The notes under the pieces: generated by a model
What the model was told of the DNA's origin: nothing
Database searches by the model: none
The model's input: only the letters and a program-made list of their open reading frames with translations
Program-made: the position numbers and the translations under genes
Source: Malacoraja senta
Taxonomy: Eukaryota
Direction: 5' to 3'
Assembly: GCA_038087875.1 (NCBI GenBank)
Contig: CM075994.1
Span: forward strand, 1,738,001 to 1,802,000
DNA: 64,000 nucleotides
In this document: positions 11,744-25,099 of the stretch, piece after piece
How positions within the stretch are numbered: position 1 is the first letter of the stretch
Layout: each line of letters starts with the position of its first letter

Positions 11744-14128
11744 CTGCAAATGAAATGTTTAAATGAATTATATCCAAAGATAAACATTCTATTGATCAGC
11801 ATTAGTAACAGTAAAAAAAACACAATAAAAAGTAACAAGCAACACTGCAGTAGCCAAGTACATGCTCTAAGATGGAAGTTAGTCATGAGGCACATAAAAA
11901 ATGTTGTGGCACTTTTAGGATTCAACTTTTATTTTCCGCTGTATAGTTTATTCCCATCATGTGGTCACTGCTTGGAAGGCCAATATCGCTAGTTGCCTTT
12001 GGGATAGATGAGCAGAATTCTTGAACCATTGTCCAAAAGGCGAAGGTGGGTATTCCCACAGTGCTAATCAGCAGGGAATGCATGAATCTGAAGCAACAAT
12101 GAAGTGCTGGCAATGTGTTTCAAATCTAAGATGGGGTGAGTACATGAGGATGATATTCATAGGCACACCTTACTTGAGACCAGAAGCACTGTTTCAGAAT
12201 CTGAGGTAGGTCGACATTGTTCACCTTAGTTTAGTTTAGAGACATAGCATGGGAACAGGTCCTTACACTAGCGCTATCCTACACTCTAGGGACAATTTAC
12301 TATTTTTACTGAAGCCAATCAACCTACAAACCTGTATGTCTTTGGTGTAGGAGAAAACCGTAGCATCCGGGGAAAACCCACGAGGTCACGGGGAGAACGT
12401 ATAAATCCCATACAAACAACACCCATGATCAGGATTGAAACCGGTTCTCCAGAGCTGTAAGGCAGCAACTCTACCGCTGTGCCACAGTGCCACCATGTTA
12501 TGGTGTGTGTGCATGTTTAAGGTCATCCATGTAATGCCACTTTGTCCTGGATACTTTCAGAATACACTGCCACGCAGTCCATCACACTCTTGCATGGGCT
12601 TTGGGCTGTCAAGAGGAAAGGTTCTCAAAATATCCAGTCTCTGATCAGCATGAGGTGATGAGCATTTGAGGAAGAGACAAACCTCATGTTGATAGTGGAT
12701 ACTTTGGGGTTAACATTGCCAATTAAATGCTATATGTGGTATATTCGTGCAAATAAAAGCTCATCAGCCCAAAAGTAAACATTATCAGGGACTTGATTCG
12801 TGCAATTTCAGACATTCTCTGTGAATTTACTTATAATCTTTTAGGTGCTGTATCTCAGTGCCAGATACCCAGGCTCAACGCTGACCTTGGGTGCTGCCTG
12901 TGTGGAGTTTGCATATTCGCCGTGACGATGTGGGATTCTTCCGAGTTCCTCCCACATCCCAAAGACGTGCAGGCTTGTAAATTAATTGTCCTGACTAAAT
13001 TGTCCTGAATGTGCGGGGAGTGGATGGGCGAGATAACAGAACTAGTGCGAACAGGTGATGGATGGCATGGACCCAGTGGGCCAAATGGCCAGTTTCCATG
13101 CGGTTTCTTTCAACCAATTAATCATAATTCTGGCTCACCAAAGATTCAAGATTCAAGAGAGTTTATTGTCATGTGTCCCAGATAAAGAGAATGAAATTAC
13201 TGCTTTGCTTCAGCACAACACCATATAGTAGGCATGAATACAGAACAGATCAGTGTGTCCATATACCATTATATAAATATATACACATGAATAAATAAAC
13301 AGTTAACGTGCAAATAAACAGATAATGGGCTATTAATGTTCAGTTTTGTTTGAGTTGAGTTGAGTTGTGGGGAAGCAGTTATTCCTGAACCTGGACGTTG
13401 CAGTCTTCAGGCTCCTGTACCTTCTACCTGAAGGTAGCGGGGAGATGAGTGTGGGTCCTTGATGATGCTGCCAGCCTTTTTGAGGCAGCGACTGCAATAG
13501 ATCGCCTCGATGGTAGGGAGGTCAGAGCCGATGATGGTTTACCACCAAAGGGGTCTGAAGAAGGGTTCCGACCTGAAACGTCACCTATTCCTTTTCTCCA
13601 AAGACTGCTGAGTTACTCCAGCATTTTGTGTCTTTAAAAGGGTTGCATAAATGCAATCTTTATATGATGCATGCTAAAGAGCTGGTAAAATAAAGGGGGA
13701 ATCGGGAACATTTGATATTTAGGCAAATATGGGGAATGCTACTTAAATAAGTAGTTTTCTCCTGAAAGCATCACATTTTTCAACTGTTGAAGTTACACCC
13801 AATGGAGATTATGCAACAGCACTCTTGGCTGAAGATACTGAAGAGCCACTCACCACTGAATGAAGCGACTACATATACATGGCAAGTGCAGCGCAAATTG
13901 GAACAAGACCGAGACTCTTGGATCTAAATGGGATTTCACGATGGAATTCAGTCTGAGAAAACATCCCAGATCAAGGGAAGGAAAGTGTATTCAGGGTTCC
14001 CAATAATAATCAACAGAAGTGATGACAACAATGATCAACTTTCATAGCGTGAACAAATGCAAGGATTTTAAATTAGACAACACCACTAAGTCTACGTCAC
14101 AATTAAAACAATGCTCAAGGATTAGTAC

Positions 14129-14334
14129 CTTTGACATGACCTCTGGATCAGGATCCTCGATGGGGTCTGCCCATTCCACCGTTACAACGTTACCCCACAC
14201 CTTCACTTTCCCACTCATAAGCCTGCGTCTAGCCTGGGCTGCAGATTTATGATCCTCAAACTCCAAGAAGCAGAAACCCCTATTCTTCTTCTTGTCATCC
14301 GGTTGATGATACAATATCACATCTGTGAGCCCCT
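14129..14334 (-). CDS. SYNCRIP: SYNCRIP coding exon (RRM2)
   Basis: 206-nt AG/GT exon: EGLTDVILYHQPDDKKKNRGFCFLEFEDHKSAAQARRRLMSGKVKVWGNVVTVEWADPIEDPDPEVMSK. Confidence 0.96.
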
Positions 14335-15719
14335 CTGGCAAAATAAAATGCAAATGTTTTTTTTTAATTCCACTGCTCTCTCTACATTTATCTAAATGAT
14401 AACGCAGATCCTCTCAGAGGTTATGTAAAGTTTAAACATTTTTTGAGATACATGAAATAAAGGTGCAATAACAGCAACATTCCCAAAGTTTCCCCTGACT
14501 CAAGGCAATACAAAGAAGCTGATTATCCTACAACTTGATCAGGACAATAGTTCACAGAAGGGATTGCTAAACGTGACATTGTGCTGCAAAAACGATATTT
14601 TGTTCTGAGTTACTTCTTTCCTGTTACCTTTACCACTCCACTGCACACCTGTCAATGAGTGCGTCAGGGGTCATGGGGAGAAGGTAGGAGAATGAGGTTG
14701 AGGGAAAGATAGGTGAGCCATGATTGAATGGCAGAGTAGATTTGATGAGCCGAATGACTTAACTCTGCTCCTATGATTATTGTCTATGACATTATGAAAA
14801 CATTCAACTTCAGGGAGTGCAACCAGTCACGTGCTGGGAAGAGATACTGCACCAAGTCTATGATCAGCAGGAAGCTGTTCTCCTCAATGAAAGACCACAC
14901 AGATGATCTAGATGTCAGTGAAAGGTTTGCCCCAATGTGATGTAGGGCAGAATCTATCTAGAGTGAAAGGAAGACACAAGCGTTCAGGAAGCATACAACT
15001 TATGTAGACTGGAGCTTGAGCGCCCAGCCAGGAAATAGCATAAACCAGGGTAGACACAAGATGCTGGAGTAACTCAGCAGGCGAGGCAGCATCTCTGGGG
15101 AGAAGGAATGGGCAACGTTTCAAGTCAAGACCCTTCTTCAGATGTTACGGGTCTTGACCCGAAACGTTGCCCATTCCTTCTCTCCAGAGATGCTGCCTGA
15201 CCCGCTGGGTTAATCCAGCATTTTGTGTCTACCTTCGATTTAAACCAGCATCTGCAGTTCTTTTTTACACATTAACCAGGGTATGTACATCCTTATACAA
15301 TCAATAGACAATAGGTGCAGGAGTAGGACATTCGGCCCTTCGAGCCAGCACCTCCATTCAATATGATCATGGCTGATCGTCCACAATCAGTACCCTGTTC
15401 CTGCCTTCTCGCCATATCCCCTGACTCCGCTATCTTTAAGAGCTCTATCTAACTCTCTCTTGAAAGCATCCAGAGAATTGGCCTCCACTGCCTTCTGAGG
15501 CAGAGAATTCCACAGATTCACAGCTCTCTGGGTGAAAAAGTTTTTACAACTTAAGGGAATCAATGGCATGACCAACGGTATTGATGCACAGATGAATCTT
15601 GGGGCCACTCACACCAGATGAGGCAATTATTTTCCTCCCACTCGATTTGTGAGCCTTTGGAACTCTTGCTCAAGAGAGTATGGAAGCAGATTATTTGACT
15701 AATTTTGAAACAAAGGAAA

Positions 15720-16420
15720 GATCAGAGGCGAGGCCACATTTGGAGTATTGTGTACAGTTTTGGTCACAGAGAAGATTTATGAGGATGTTGCCGGAACTGG
15801 CCTACCCACAGAAGACCAAGGGTTGTGGTGGAAGACAGTAATTCTGGCTATTTGTCTGAGGTGTTCCGCATGGATGTTCTGAGACCTCTGTCCGAGAGAT
15901 AGATATAAATTACTTGGATGTAAATGTAGATTAGTTGGTTAGTAAGTTTGGTGGCATTGTGCACAATCTATACAGCTATGACTGTCAAAGTATACAGCAG
16001 GATGTAGATCAGCTACGGGTATGGGTGGAGAAACTGCAGATGGAGTTCAATCCAAGCAAGCGTGAGGTGTTGTGGGAGACTAAATGTAATGGGAAAGTAT
16101 ATAGTTAATACCAAAACCATCAACAGCATCGATGAACAGGGAATCCAAGTCCACAGCTCCCTGAAACACAAGTCCACAGCAACACAAGTAGATAAAGTGG
16201 TAAAGGCAGCAAAGGCTCATAGGTCGGGACAATGAAGAGTCAGGAAGTGATGACGTAGCTTCATAGGACTTTAGTAAGTCCGCATTTGGAGTATCGTGTG
16301 CATTACAGGACATGGCGGCTTTGGGAGGAGGTTTACCAGAATGATGGCGGCATTAGATGTAGGGAGAGTTTGGACAGACTTGGATTGTTTTCTCTGGAAT
16401 GCAGGAGATTGAGGGGAGAC
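15720..16420 (+). mobile_element. Old CR1-type LINE fragments
   Basis: Degenerate CR1 motifs (HLEY, LDRLGLFSLECRRLRGDL). Confidence 0.65.
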
Positions 16421-16948
16421 CTGCAAAGCCAACATTTTACAATTCTGGATAAGAGAATAATTGACTAGCACTATTAACGGATAGAATGAGCAAGCTTATC
16501 TTAGTTATCAGTGAAAATGGGACATACTAAGCATGCGTATCTATATGACCATATTACAAAAACTTATGTCAATCCCAAATCTAGCTACATCATGAATTGC
16601 ATCTTCCTTGACAGAATGAATACAAGTGGTTAACAGAAACAAACAGGCAACCCAAACCACTGGTAATTCCATAAAACGTAGCTTCATTTGCAATCCCAAA
16701 ATTTTACAAACTGTCAAAACAGCAGAAGACATGGGAACTTACTAAACTTCTTCAGTCTAAAATGCAAATTAAGATCTTCGGAAATTAAGTTATTTGCAGT
16801 GGAACTATCAAATTAATTCAAAAACTTGTTGACCTGCTCCTTCCAACTTCAAACCAGTGAAAACTGTACCATTGTCACTCCCACACGTGATTACATAATT
16901 AACAGTATGTGTAAACTAGACAACAGAATGAAGACAAGGCAATTTTAC

Positions 16949-17084
16949 CTGTAACTTTTCCAAATTCTTCCATTATTTGTTCTTTTGTCTTGCTTTTTGG
17001 AATGGATCCCACGAAAAGTCTGTTGTTTGCCACAGAAATGCAAACACCAATGTGTTTACCAGGCCGAATTTCATGGTTATCGCA
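16949..17084 (-). CDS. SYNCRIP: SYNCRIP coding exon (RRM1/RRM2 junction)
   Basis: 136-nt AG/GT exon: CDNHEIRPGKHIGVCISVANNRLFVGSIPKSKTKEQIMEEFGKVT. Confidence 0.96.
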
Positions 17085-17167
17085 CTGAAAATTGGACAAC
17101 TGAGTCAGTTTATGAACCCTAATTAAAGGAATAGATTATAGTATATGTAACAATTGCAAAATCTCAC

Positions 17168-17344
17168 CAATTTGACAGCCTCCTGCGCTGAATCTTTGGA
17201 GCAAAATGTGACGAAAGCATACCCTCGATTTAAGCCAGTTAAAGGATCCATCATCAGACGCAAATCCCAAATTGGCCCAGCTTTTTCAAAAAGGGGAACA
17301 AGTTCATCCTCAAAAAGATCCCTTGGTATTTTTCCTACAAATAT
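17168..17344 (-). CDS. SYNCRIP: SYNCRIP coding exon (RRM1)
   Basis: 177-nt AG/GT exon: [59 protein letters not shown]. Confidence 0.96.
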
Positions 17345-17948
17345 CTACGACAAAATTGGACTGATTAAAAAAAATCAAATATGCAACGACATGAATTTTC
17401 ATGGTCAAGGAATTGGTAGAAATGTTTCTCTACATCAACTATCAATGGGATGTTCTAAAACAAATTAGCATCTTTAAATTCTACTAATGACTGAAATAAC
17501 CAATGGTCAAATTTAAATTTCGACCAACCAGAACTAATCCTAAATCACATTTATTATTAATTTCTTCAAACCCCATGCATTATAGAGTGGGTGTGGAGAG
17601 GATGTTTCCACTAGTGGAAGGGTCTGGGAACCAGAGGATATAGCCTCAGAATAAAAGGACATACCATTAAAAAGGAGATGAGGAGGAATTTCTCTAGTCA
17701 GAGGGTGGTGAATCTTTGGAATTTATTGCTACAGACGGCTATAGAGGCCATGTTATTGGGCATTTTTAAGGCAGATATTGACAGATACAAGATTGGCAAG
17801 AGTTATGGGGAGAAGGCAGGAGAATGGGCTTGAGAGGGAAAGATAGATCAGTCATGATTGAATCGCAGAGTAGACTCAATGGGCCGAATGGTCTATTTAT
17901 GCTCCTATGACTTAGGAACATTATCACTAACAATAAACACTAACTCAC

Positions 17949-18062
17949 CTCAGTACCGCTGTTAGGTTGAGGACCCGAATGCACAGCATCAGGCGGGGGA
18001 CCACCATACTTCCGCTGTCCTGTGGTAACATCAAGCGTATAGCCTGTCCTTTCTAAGAGAGC
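17949..18062 (-). CDS. SYNCRIP: SYNCRIP coding exon
   Basis: 114-nt AG/GT exon: [38 protein letters not shown]. Confidence 0.96.
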
Positions 18063-18613
18063 CTAAGTAAACACAAACAAGCATGGCCATCGTAACTCAG
18101 CAATTGCAATTAAGAAACTTAATGATAGTTGCAGAAACACTTTTTCACCCCATTAAGGACAACAAAAACGAGGCTAATCTTTAACTCAGGCTGTTAATTT
18201 GGAAGGAATAATTTAGTACAATGCCCCGAATGGGCAATTGAGACAAACCATTTGCTCCAAGTATCTAGCAGCATTCATCTACTTACAAAGACTTTGGATC
18301 GTCATGATTAAAGGCAGTCAAGATGCTTCTTAACAAATGAGCATCCTGGCTAACATTTGAAAGGACCAGACAAGCAATGTTTTTCACTTAAGTGTCCCGA
18401 TCTACATCAGCCAACTTAATCCAACAGTCTGACCATAGCAATGCCCCACAGCCATCTTTTTAGCCTCACTGTCTCCCAACAATCTTTTTTTGCAAATGAC
18501 AAAATGTCTTTGTATAATGAGATGAGTCTACTGAGGCACCAGAGAAATGCAAAAATATTTTAAAATAATTGAGCAAACAAATACTATGTCCATTGTTAAT
18601 GTTGGATCCCTAC

Positions 18614-18721
18614 CTTTATTTTTGTCTCGTCAGGTCCTTTATTAGCATCTGTCACCTTAGATCCTTGCTTTTCTCTCTGTCTGTAGGTCTTCATTACACC
18701 ACATAGAAAGGCACTTTTATT
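18614..18721 (-). CDS. SYNCRIP: SYNCRIP coding exon (N-terminal acidic domain)
   Basis: 108-nt AG/GT exon: NKSAFLCGVMKTYRQREKQGSKVTDANKGPDETKIK. Confidence 0.96.
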
Positions 18722-19263
18722 CTTCAGGAAAAAAAAAATTCAATAAATTAAACCAAAGCCCGTAAGATATTTTTTCTCAGACCCGCATGCAAGATTTACC
18801 TTCCAAAAACTAAAAACAATCATTTTTCAACTCATGGAATTTGAAATTATTCATTGCTGATATTATAATACATCAACAACTAACAATAAAGGATCATCCA
18901 GATGTCCTCAGAAATTTTATTTTTGGTCAATAAAGAGTTGCTGGCACTCAATGACTAGTAATAAATAATATTGAAACATTCTACGATCTTGCTGTGAAAC
19001 TGAAATAATGCCCAACAACCAGATCAAAAGTGTTTAATTGTCATATGTACTGGCAACAGTACAATAAATTCTTACTCACATGAACGGGGCCCCATAAGCG
19101 CAAATAGATTAAATATATTTTTTATTCAATAAATTAATAACCATAACGCTACAAAAAGAGGCTCTTCATATAACCAAGTACAGTCCAAAGAAGTTTATAG
19201 TTGCTGAGGTTAGTGTTACATGGAGTTCAAGAGCCTGATGGTTGCTGAGAAGAAGCTATTCCT

Positions 19264-21278
19264 TGCACACCAGTCACTGAAAGTAAGCATGCAGGTACAG
19301 CAGGCAGTGAAGAAAGCTAATATTGGCCATCATTGCAAGGGGATGAGTTTAGGAGCAAGGATGTCCTACTGCCGTGAACAGGGATCTGGTGAGACCACAC
19401 CTATAGTATTGTGTGCAGATTTGGTCTCCTAATATTGAGGAAGTACATTCTTGCTATTATCGTAGTGCAGCATAGGTTAGCGGGACTGACATATAAGTAA
19501 GTTTATTGGCCAAGTATTCACATACAAGGAATTTGCCTTGGTGCTCCGCCCACAAGTAACAACATAACATACAGTGACAGTTACGAATGACTCGGAAAAC
19601 ACTAAACATTAATAATAATAAAACATTAATGATAAAACACCATTGATCAAGCATGTGAACCAACAAAATACCAGATCAAAGGGAGGCTACAGATTTTTGG
19701 CTGTTGAGTAGAGCAACTACTCGTGGATAAAAACAGTTTTTATGTCTGGCTGTGGCAGCTTTGACAATCCGGAGTCGCCTTCCAGAGGGAAGTGGTTCAA
19801 AGAGTTTGTGGCCAGGGTGAGAGGGGTCAGAGATGATCTTGCCCGCTCGCTTCCTGGCCCTTGCAGTGTACAGTTCATCAATGGAGGGAAGGTTGCAGCC
19901 AATAACCTTCTCTGCTGATCGGACAATTCGCTGCAGCCTCCAGGTGTCGTGCTTGGTGGCTGAGCCAAACCAGACCATGATGGAGAAGGTGAGACCAGAC
20001 TCTACGATGGCTGTGTAGAATTGGACCATCATTGCCTGTGGCAGATTGTGCTTCCTCAGCTGCCATAGGAAGTACATCCTATGTTGTGCCTTTTTGACTG
20101 TGGAGTCGATGGTAGCCTCCCACTTAAGGTCCTTGGAGATGATGGTTCCCAGGAACTTAAAAGACTCCACAGATGTAACTGTGGTGTTGTTGATGGTGAG
20201 TGGGGTGAGGGGAGGGGGAGCTCTCCTAAAGTCTACAATCAATTCCACTGTCTTAAGAGCATTGAGCTCTTGGTTGTTGCAACGGCACCAGGACGCCAGC
20301 TGTGACACTTCCTGTCTGTAGGCAGATTCCTCCCCATCCTGGATCAGTCCAATCAGGGTTGTGTCGTCCGCAAACTTGAGAAGCTTGACAGAGGTGTCTG
20401 TGGAGGTGCAGTCGTTGGTGAAGAGAGAGTAGAGGAGAGGAGAGAGTACGCAGCCTTGCGGTGCTCCTATGCTGAGCGTTAGCGGGTCCGAGATGTGCTT
20501 TCCCAGCCTCACATGTTGCTTCCTGTCTGTCAGGAAGTTGGTGATCCACTGACAGAGGGGTTCAGGCACAGTCAACTCGGAAAGTTTGGAGTGTAGTAGG
20601 TCTGGCACAATGGTGTTGAATGCAGAGCTAAATTCAACAAACAGGATCCTCACATAGGTCCCCTGGCATAGGTGCTGTAGGATGAAGTGCAGGTCCAGGT
20701 TGACTGCATCATCCACAGATCTATTGGCCCGATATGCAAACTGCTTAGGGTCCAGCAGGGAGTTTGTGATATTTTTCAGCTTGGCCAGCACAAGCCTTTC
20801 CAGTGTCTTCATGACTACAGAGACTACATATGATGAAAGAATGGGTCGACTGTGCTTGTATTCACTGGAATTTAGAAGGATGAGAGGGTATCTTATAGAA
20901 ACATATTCTATGAGGGAATCTTAAGGGATTAGACAGGCAAGATGCAGGAAAAATGTTCCCCATGTTGGGAGAGTCCAGAACCAGGGGTCACACTTTAGGA
21001 ATAAGGGGTAGGCCATTTAGGACTGAGGTGAGGAAAACCGTTTTCACCCAGAGAGTTGTGAATCTGTGGAATTCTCTGCCACAGAAGGCAGTGGTGGCCA
21101 ATTCACTGGATGTTTGCAAAAGTTAGATTTAGCTCCTAGGGCTAACGGAATCAAGGGATATGGGGGGAAAAAAGCAGGAACGGGGTACTGATTTTGGATG
21201 ATCAGCCATGGTCATATTGAATGGCGGTGCTGGCTCGAAGGGCCGAATGGCCTACTCCTGCACCTATTTTCTACGTTT
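19264..21278 (+). mobile_element. CR1 3' fragment interrupted by a Rex1/Babar insertion
   Basis: CR1 sequence (SLKVSMQVQQAVKKAN ... YDERMGRLCLYSLEFRRMRG) resumes after about 20820. Flanked by CTATTCCT direct repeats (19256-19263 and 21279-21286). Confidence 0.75.
19495..20815 (-). mobile_element. Rex1/Babar-type non-LTR retrotransposon, 5'-truncated, 378-aa RT ORF at 19676-20812
   Basis: RT motifs QFAYRANRSVDDA, GAPQGCVLSPLLYSLFTNDC, KFADDTT and FKFLG, with C-terminal DPSHPGHKLFEPLPSGRR typical of Rex1/Babar. Confidence 0.88.
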
Positions 21279-21935
21279 CTATTCCTGAACCTGGAAGTTA
21301 CGGTTTTCAGGCTCCTGTACCTTCCAAATGGTAGGTGCGAGATAAGGTCATGGTCGTGATGTGGGTCTTTGATAATATTGGCTGCCATTTATTTTTTTAC
21401 ATTGAACAAAAAACCCAAACTATCATCTCAAAAATGAATAAATTACTTTTGAGAAATAGTTTTGTGGCTACAAAGCATTATTGCCTCTGAAAATGTGAGC
21501 CATCATCCGAGATAAAAAAGTCAAATGCAATACTGTTTTTCCCCCAAAAAGATCAGATTATTTTACACAACAGGGCAGCATGGTGGTAGAGCTGTTGCCT
21601 CATAATGCCAGAGACCTAAGTTCAATTCTAACCGTGTGGTGTTTGCACATTCTCCCTGTGACCACGTGGGCTCCCTCCTACATTCCAAAGATGTGCGTGT
21701 TGGTAGGTTAATTGGCCTCTGTAAATTGTCCCTAGTGTGTAGGGAGTGGATGCAAAAGTTGGATAATATAGAACTAGTTTGAACAGATAATCAATGGTCA
21801 GCGTGGACTTGGTGGGCCGTTTACATATTGCATATCCAAAAACTTCCCCAGAAACAGTACAATTGCATTAACATCTATACAATTTTAATTTCACCATCAT
21901 CATCATCCAGATTTGTTGGAGAACTAAACAATTAC

Positions 21936-22054
21936 CTGAACGTGCGAAAGATCACTTTCCTTAAATTGCTGTAGCACCGACAATGCACCTTCTTCATTGA
22001 ACTCCCTCAAAGCATCAAGTGCTCTTTCATCTAAATCACTATGAGACACTAAGC
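21936..22054 (-). CDS. SYNCRIP: SYNCRIP coding exon 2
   Basis: 119-nt AG/GT exon: GLVSHSDLDERALDALREFNEEGALSVLQQFKESDLSHVQ. Confidence 0.96.
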
Positions 22055-24877
22055 CTACAGAAAAGAGATGTAGAGTTTAGTAATATCCTCTTATAATCGC
22101 AGTTCAACTTTGTTCTCCTTAAGTATATATTGCTGCATATTATGAGATTTTCAGCTGTGTTTGAAATATATACTCGCTAAAAATATGTTTATCGCCACAA
22201 GACCTATAATGAAGAATACACTGATCAGTTTCTTGTGGTGTATTGTAAGGCAAAGGATACACTGACCTTCATTGCAGGAGGTATAACTACAGGAGCAAGA
22301 ATGCCTTGTTACAATTATATAGGGCCACTTTGTGGTACTATGTCCAACGTGGGTCTCCAAACATATAAAGGATGTACTTGGGGTAGTGTAAAATGTCATC
22401 AAACTGATTCCTGGGATGACAATTGCCAGTGAGTGATTGGGTGAAATAGGCCTGTATTCACTTAGGCTTCAGAATGAGAAAATCTTGACAAAACCTTAAA
22501 AAGTCTGACAACTGGACAGGCTAATATCCAACTTGATTCCTCTGGGTGGAGGGGTGGCAATCTCAGTATGCAAAATGACACCCTCAACTCTAGGTTTAGG
22601 AGAAATTACTTTATAGTAAGCTCTGGAATTCTCTTCCACTGAAAGCTATGGAGACTAAGTATTTAAGTATAGTGGGAATATGGTATTGAAATACAGGATC
22701 AGCCTTGATTATACAGATTGGCAAAGTATTATTTAAGGGCCGAATGACCTAGCCCTGCTATATTCCCGTTTCAAATGAAAACTGACATTTACTGATCATT
22801 TGCTGTGATGGTATTTAGCCTTTGTTCACAGATACTACCCACAGTAAAATAATGCTAATAGTGTTGGAATAAAAGACATAGTAAGCTCCCAAAACCAACA
22901 TCCCAAGTAACAGTCAAAAAGCTACTGAGCTCCCTCTGCCACCGGAATTCATCTAGCTTAAATGTTTGCTCCATTAACAAAGGAGGAAAAAAACACTTCC
23001 AAATGATCAAACACTCATTGCAGTCATTTTTAATCCAGTTGCTTGCAGACGAGTGACCGTAGCAACTGGATCAAATGTACTAAGGCCTGATTCTGAATTG
23101 CAGCCCAAAGCAAGATATTTACACGGGCCAAGGCATAAGAATGCAAATATTGCAGTAAAAACAAACCTTGTGCTCCAATGTGCTGCAAATAATTACACCA
23201 AGCATAATTAGACAAAGAGCAACACAAGGCACTATTCACACACAACCAAGTTTGTCATGGAAGTCAGAACAATAATCTTAAATGCAGAAAAATAAGTAGC
23301 AAGGCGTTTCCAAACGGCCAGAATGGGAGGAGTCTAATGAACTTACTGAGACATTAGGTTGGAAACACAAAACATGAGAATCATCTGAAGATAGTCTCAA
23401 CCCAAAACGTCACCTATTCCTTTTCTCCAGAGATGCTCAGCTGACCTGCTGAGTAACTTCAGCATTTTGTGTCTATCTTCAATGAGAATCAGGAGACTGT
23501 AGTCCTATTTGACCAAAGGACAAAATTGCTTCAAATGGTTTTTGTATGAGCTCTAGTTCGGTGGGCTTCAGGTGAGGCAGATGATAGGGAAAGTAATATA
23601 TGGTCAACTTTGAGAAAAATCACTTGAATTAAGACTGGTGTTAAGGATTGCTGTCTCATCAGCCAACACTCATTTTGTGAAATTAATCTTTTTCTAGTGG
23701 TCACAGAACACTGACAGGAATCTGAGGCAGGACATATGTGGGCATTATATGGTGTTGCAAGAACAATCAGCACCCCACCCCCACAGAAAATCACTAACGC
23801 TGTGTTTTGGATCTTTTAAACCTTGTATTACTTAAATACTCTTGTCGATTCCGACGTTTAAAAACTTAAGATGTGCCGGAAAAGTAAAGATTTCAAACCT
23901 CAGATCACCAGTAGCAGTAAGGAGTTCTCTGGGTGATACGTTCATAAGCCATGCTGGCAGAATTAAACCATTCAGCCAACCGAATCTACTCTGTCATTCA
24001 ATCATGGCCAATCTATCTTTCCCACTCAACCCCATTCTCCTGCCTTCTCCCCATAACCCGACACCAATGACTTGGCCTCCACATCAATCTGTGGCACTGA
24101 ATATATTGGTGACTTTTTGGCACTGAGCGTAAGAGCACTAAAAATTACTCAAATAGGAGTGGCATTGTTAGTAATGCAAAAATAGCTACCAGTTAATATA
24201 AAATTAATGCTCAAGCTTTTCTTTCTACTGGAATGACATTCACAATTATTTTTGCCGCAACTCTGGCCAGTGATCACGTTGTGAGATTAAACTTTGAACA
24301 GCGGGCACAGAACACCGACAGGGATCACAGCAGACATGATCATTCCCCCCTGCCTCTTTTCCCAACAGGCTGAGGATTGTGATCATGACTCAGCTACATC
24401 CCTGGCCCTGACTATTCAGCTGACAAAATGAGGAACCGAAATATGGTTAACATTGCTTTGCACTGCAATTTAAAAGCTGCATTATCGGGCCACGTGGTGA
24501 ATTTTCAACTTTTCATCTAACTTCAGGCGAAGACCAGGTGCGTACAAGACTGGACGTACTAGAACTTCATTTATCTGGCTCAGATTAGTATTTAATACAA
24601 ATCTGTCTATAACTAGACGCATATTTCTCATAAGTTGGGGGCATGACTTTCCTTACTCCTGATGAAAAAGCAGCAATATGGACATGATTATTTTAAATTT
24701 CTTGCATGAGATGTTCCAACTACACTATGATTGAGGACAAAATTAATGAAGAACAGAGTGCAATTGCAAATCAGACCCTCAGCTCAATGGTTAAACACTG
24801 ACAGAGTAGAGATAATCATCAAGGCAACACATTACCTGATAATACATGAAATAGCTTTGATAGTCTACAATCCATAC

Positions 24878-25040
24878 CTGCTAAATAAATTTCATCTAGT
24901 TTATCCGCTACCTTTCGAGGTAAGCCGGCGGTGAGTAGTGTCTGGTAGTGTTCAGACCGAACGAGGGCAGTGGAAGTTTCTATGGTTTCCTCTATACCAT
25001 TGCCATTCATTTGCTCGGTAGCCATTGCTTCAGTAGTCAT
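24878..25040 (-). CDS. SYNCRIP: SYNCRIP first coding exon
   Basis: (MTTEA)MATEQMNGNGIEETIETSTALVRSEHYQTLLTAGLPRKVADKLDEIYLA. The MATE..NGNG start matches SYNCRIP rather than HNRNPR, and SNX14/SNHG5 synteny agrees. Confidence 0.95.
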
Positions 25041-25099
25041 CTGTACACGTGTACACACACAGACATAGAGGCGAGTCAGAACACGTGGGGGCTGCCAGC

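Noticed and set aside
7452..25040. Assignment as HNRNPR
   Set aside because: The N-terminus, the VEAGPDL alternative exon and the SNX14/SNHG5 neighbours indicate SYNCRIP.
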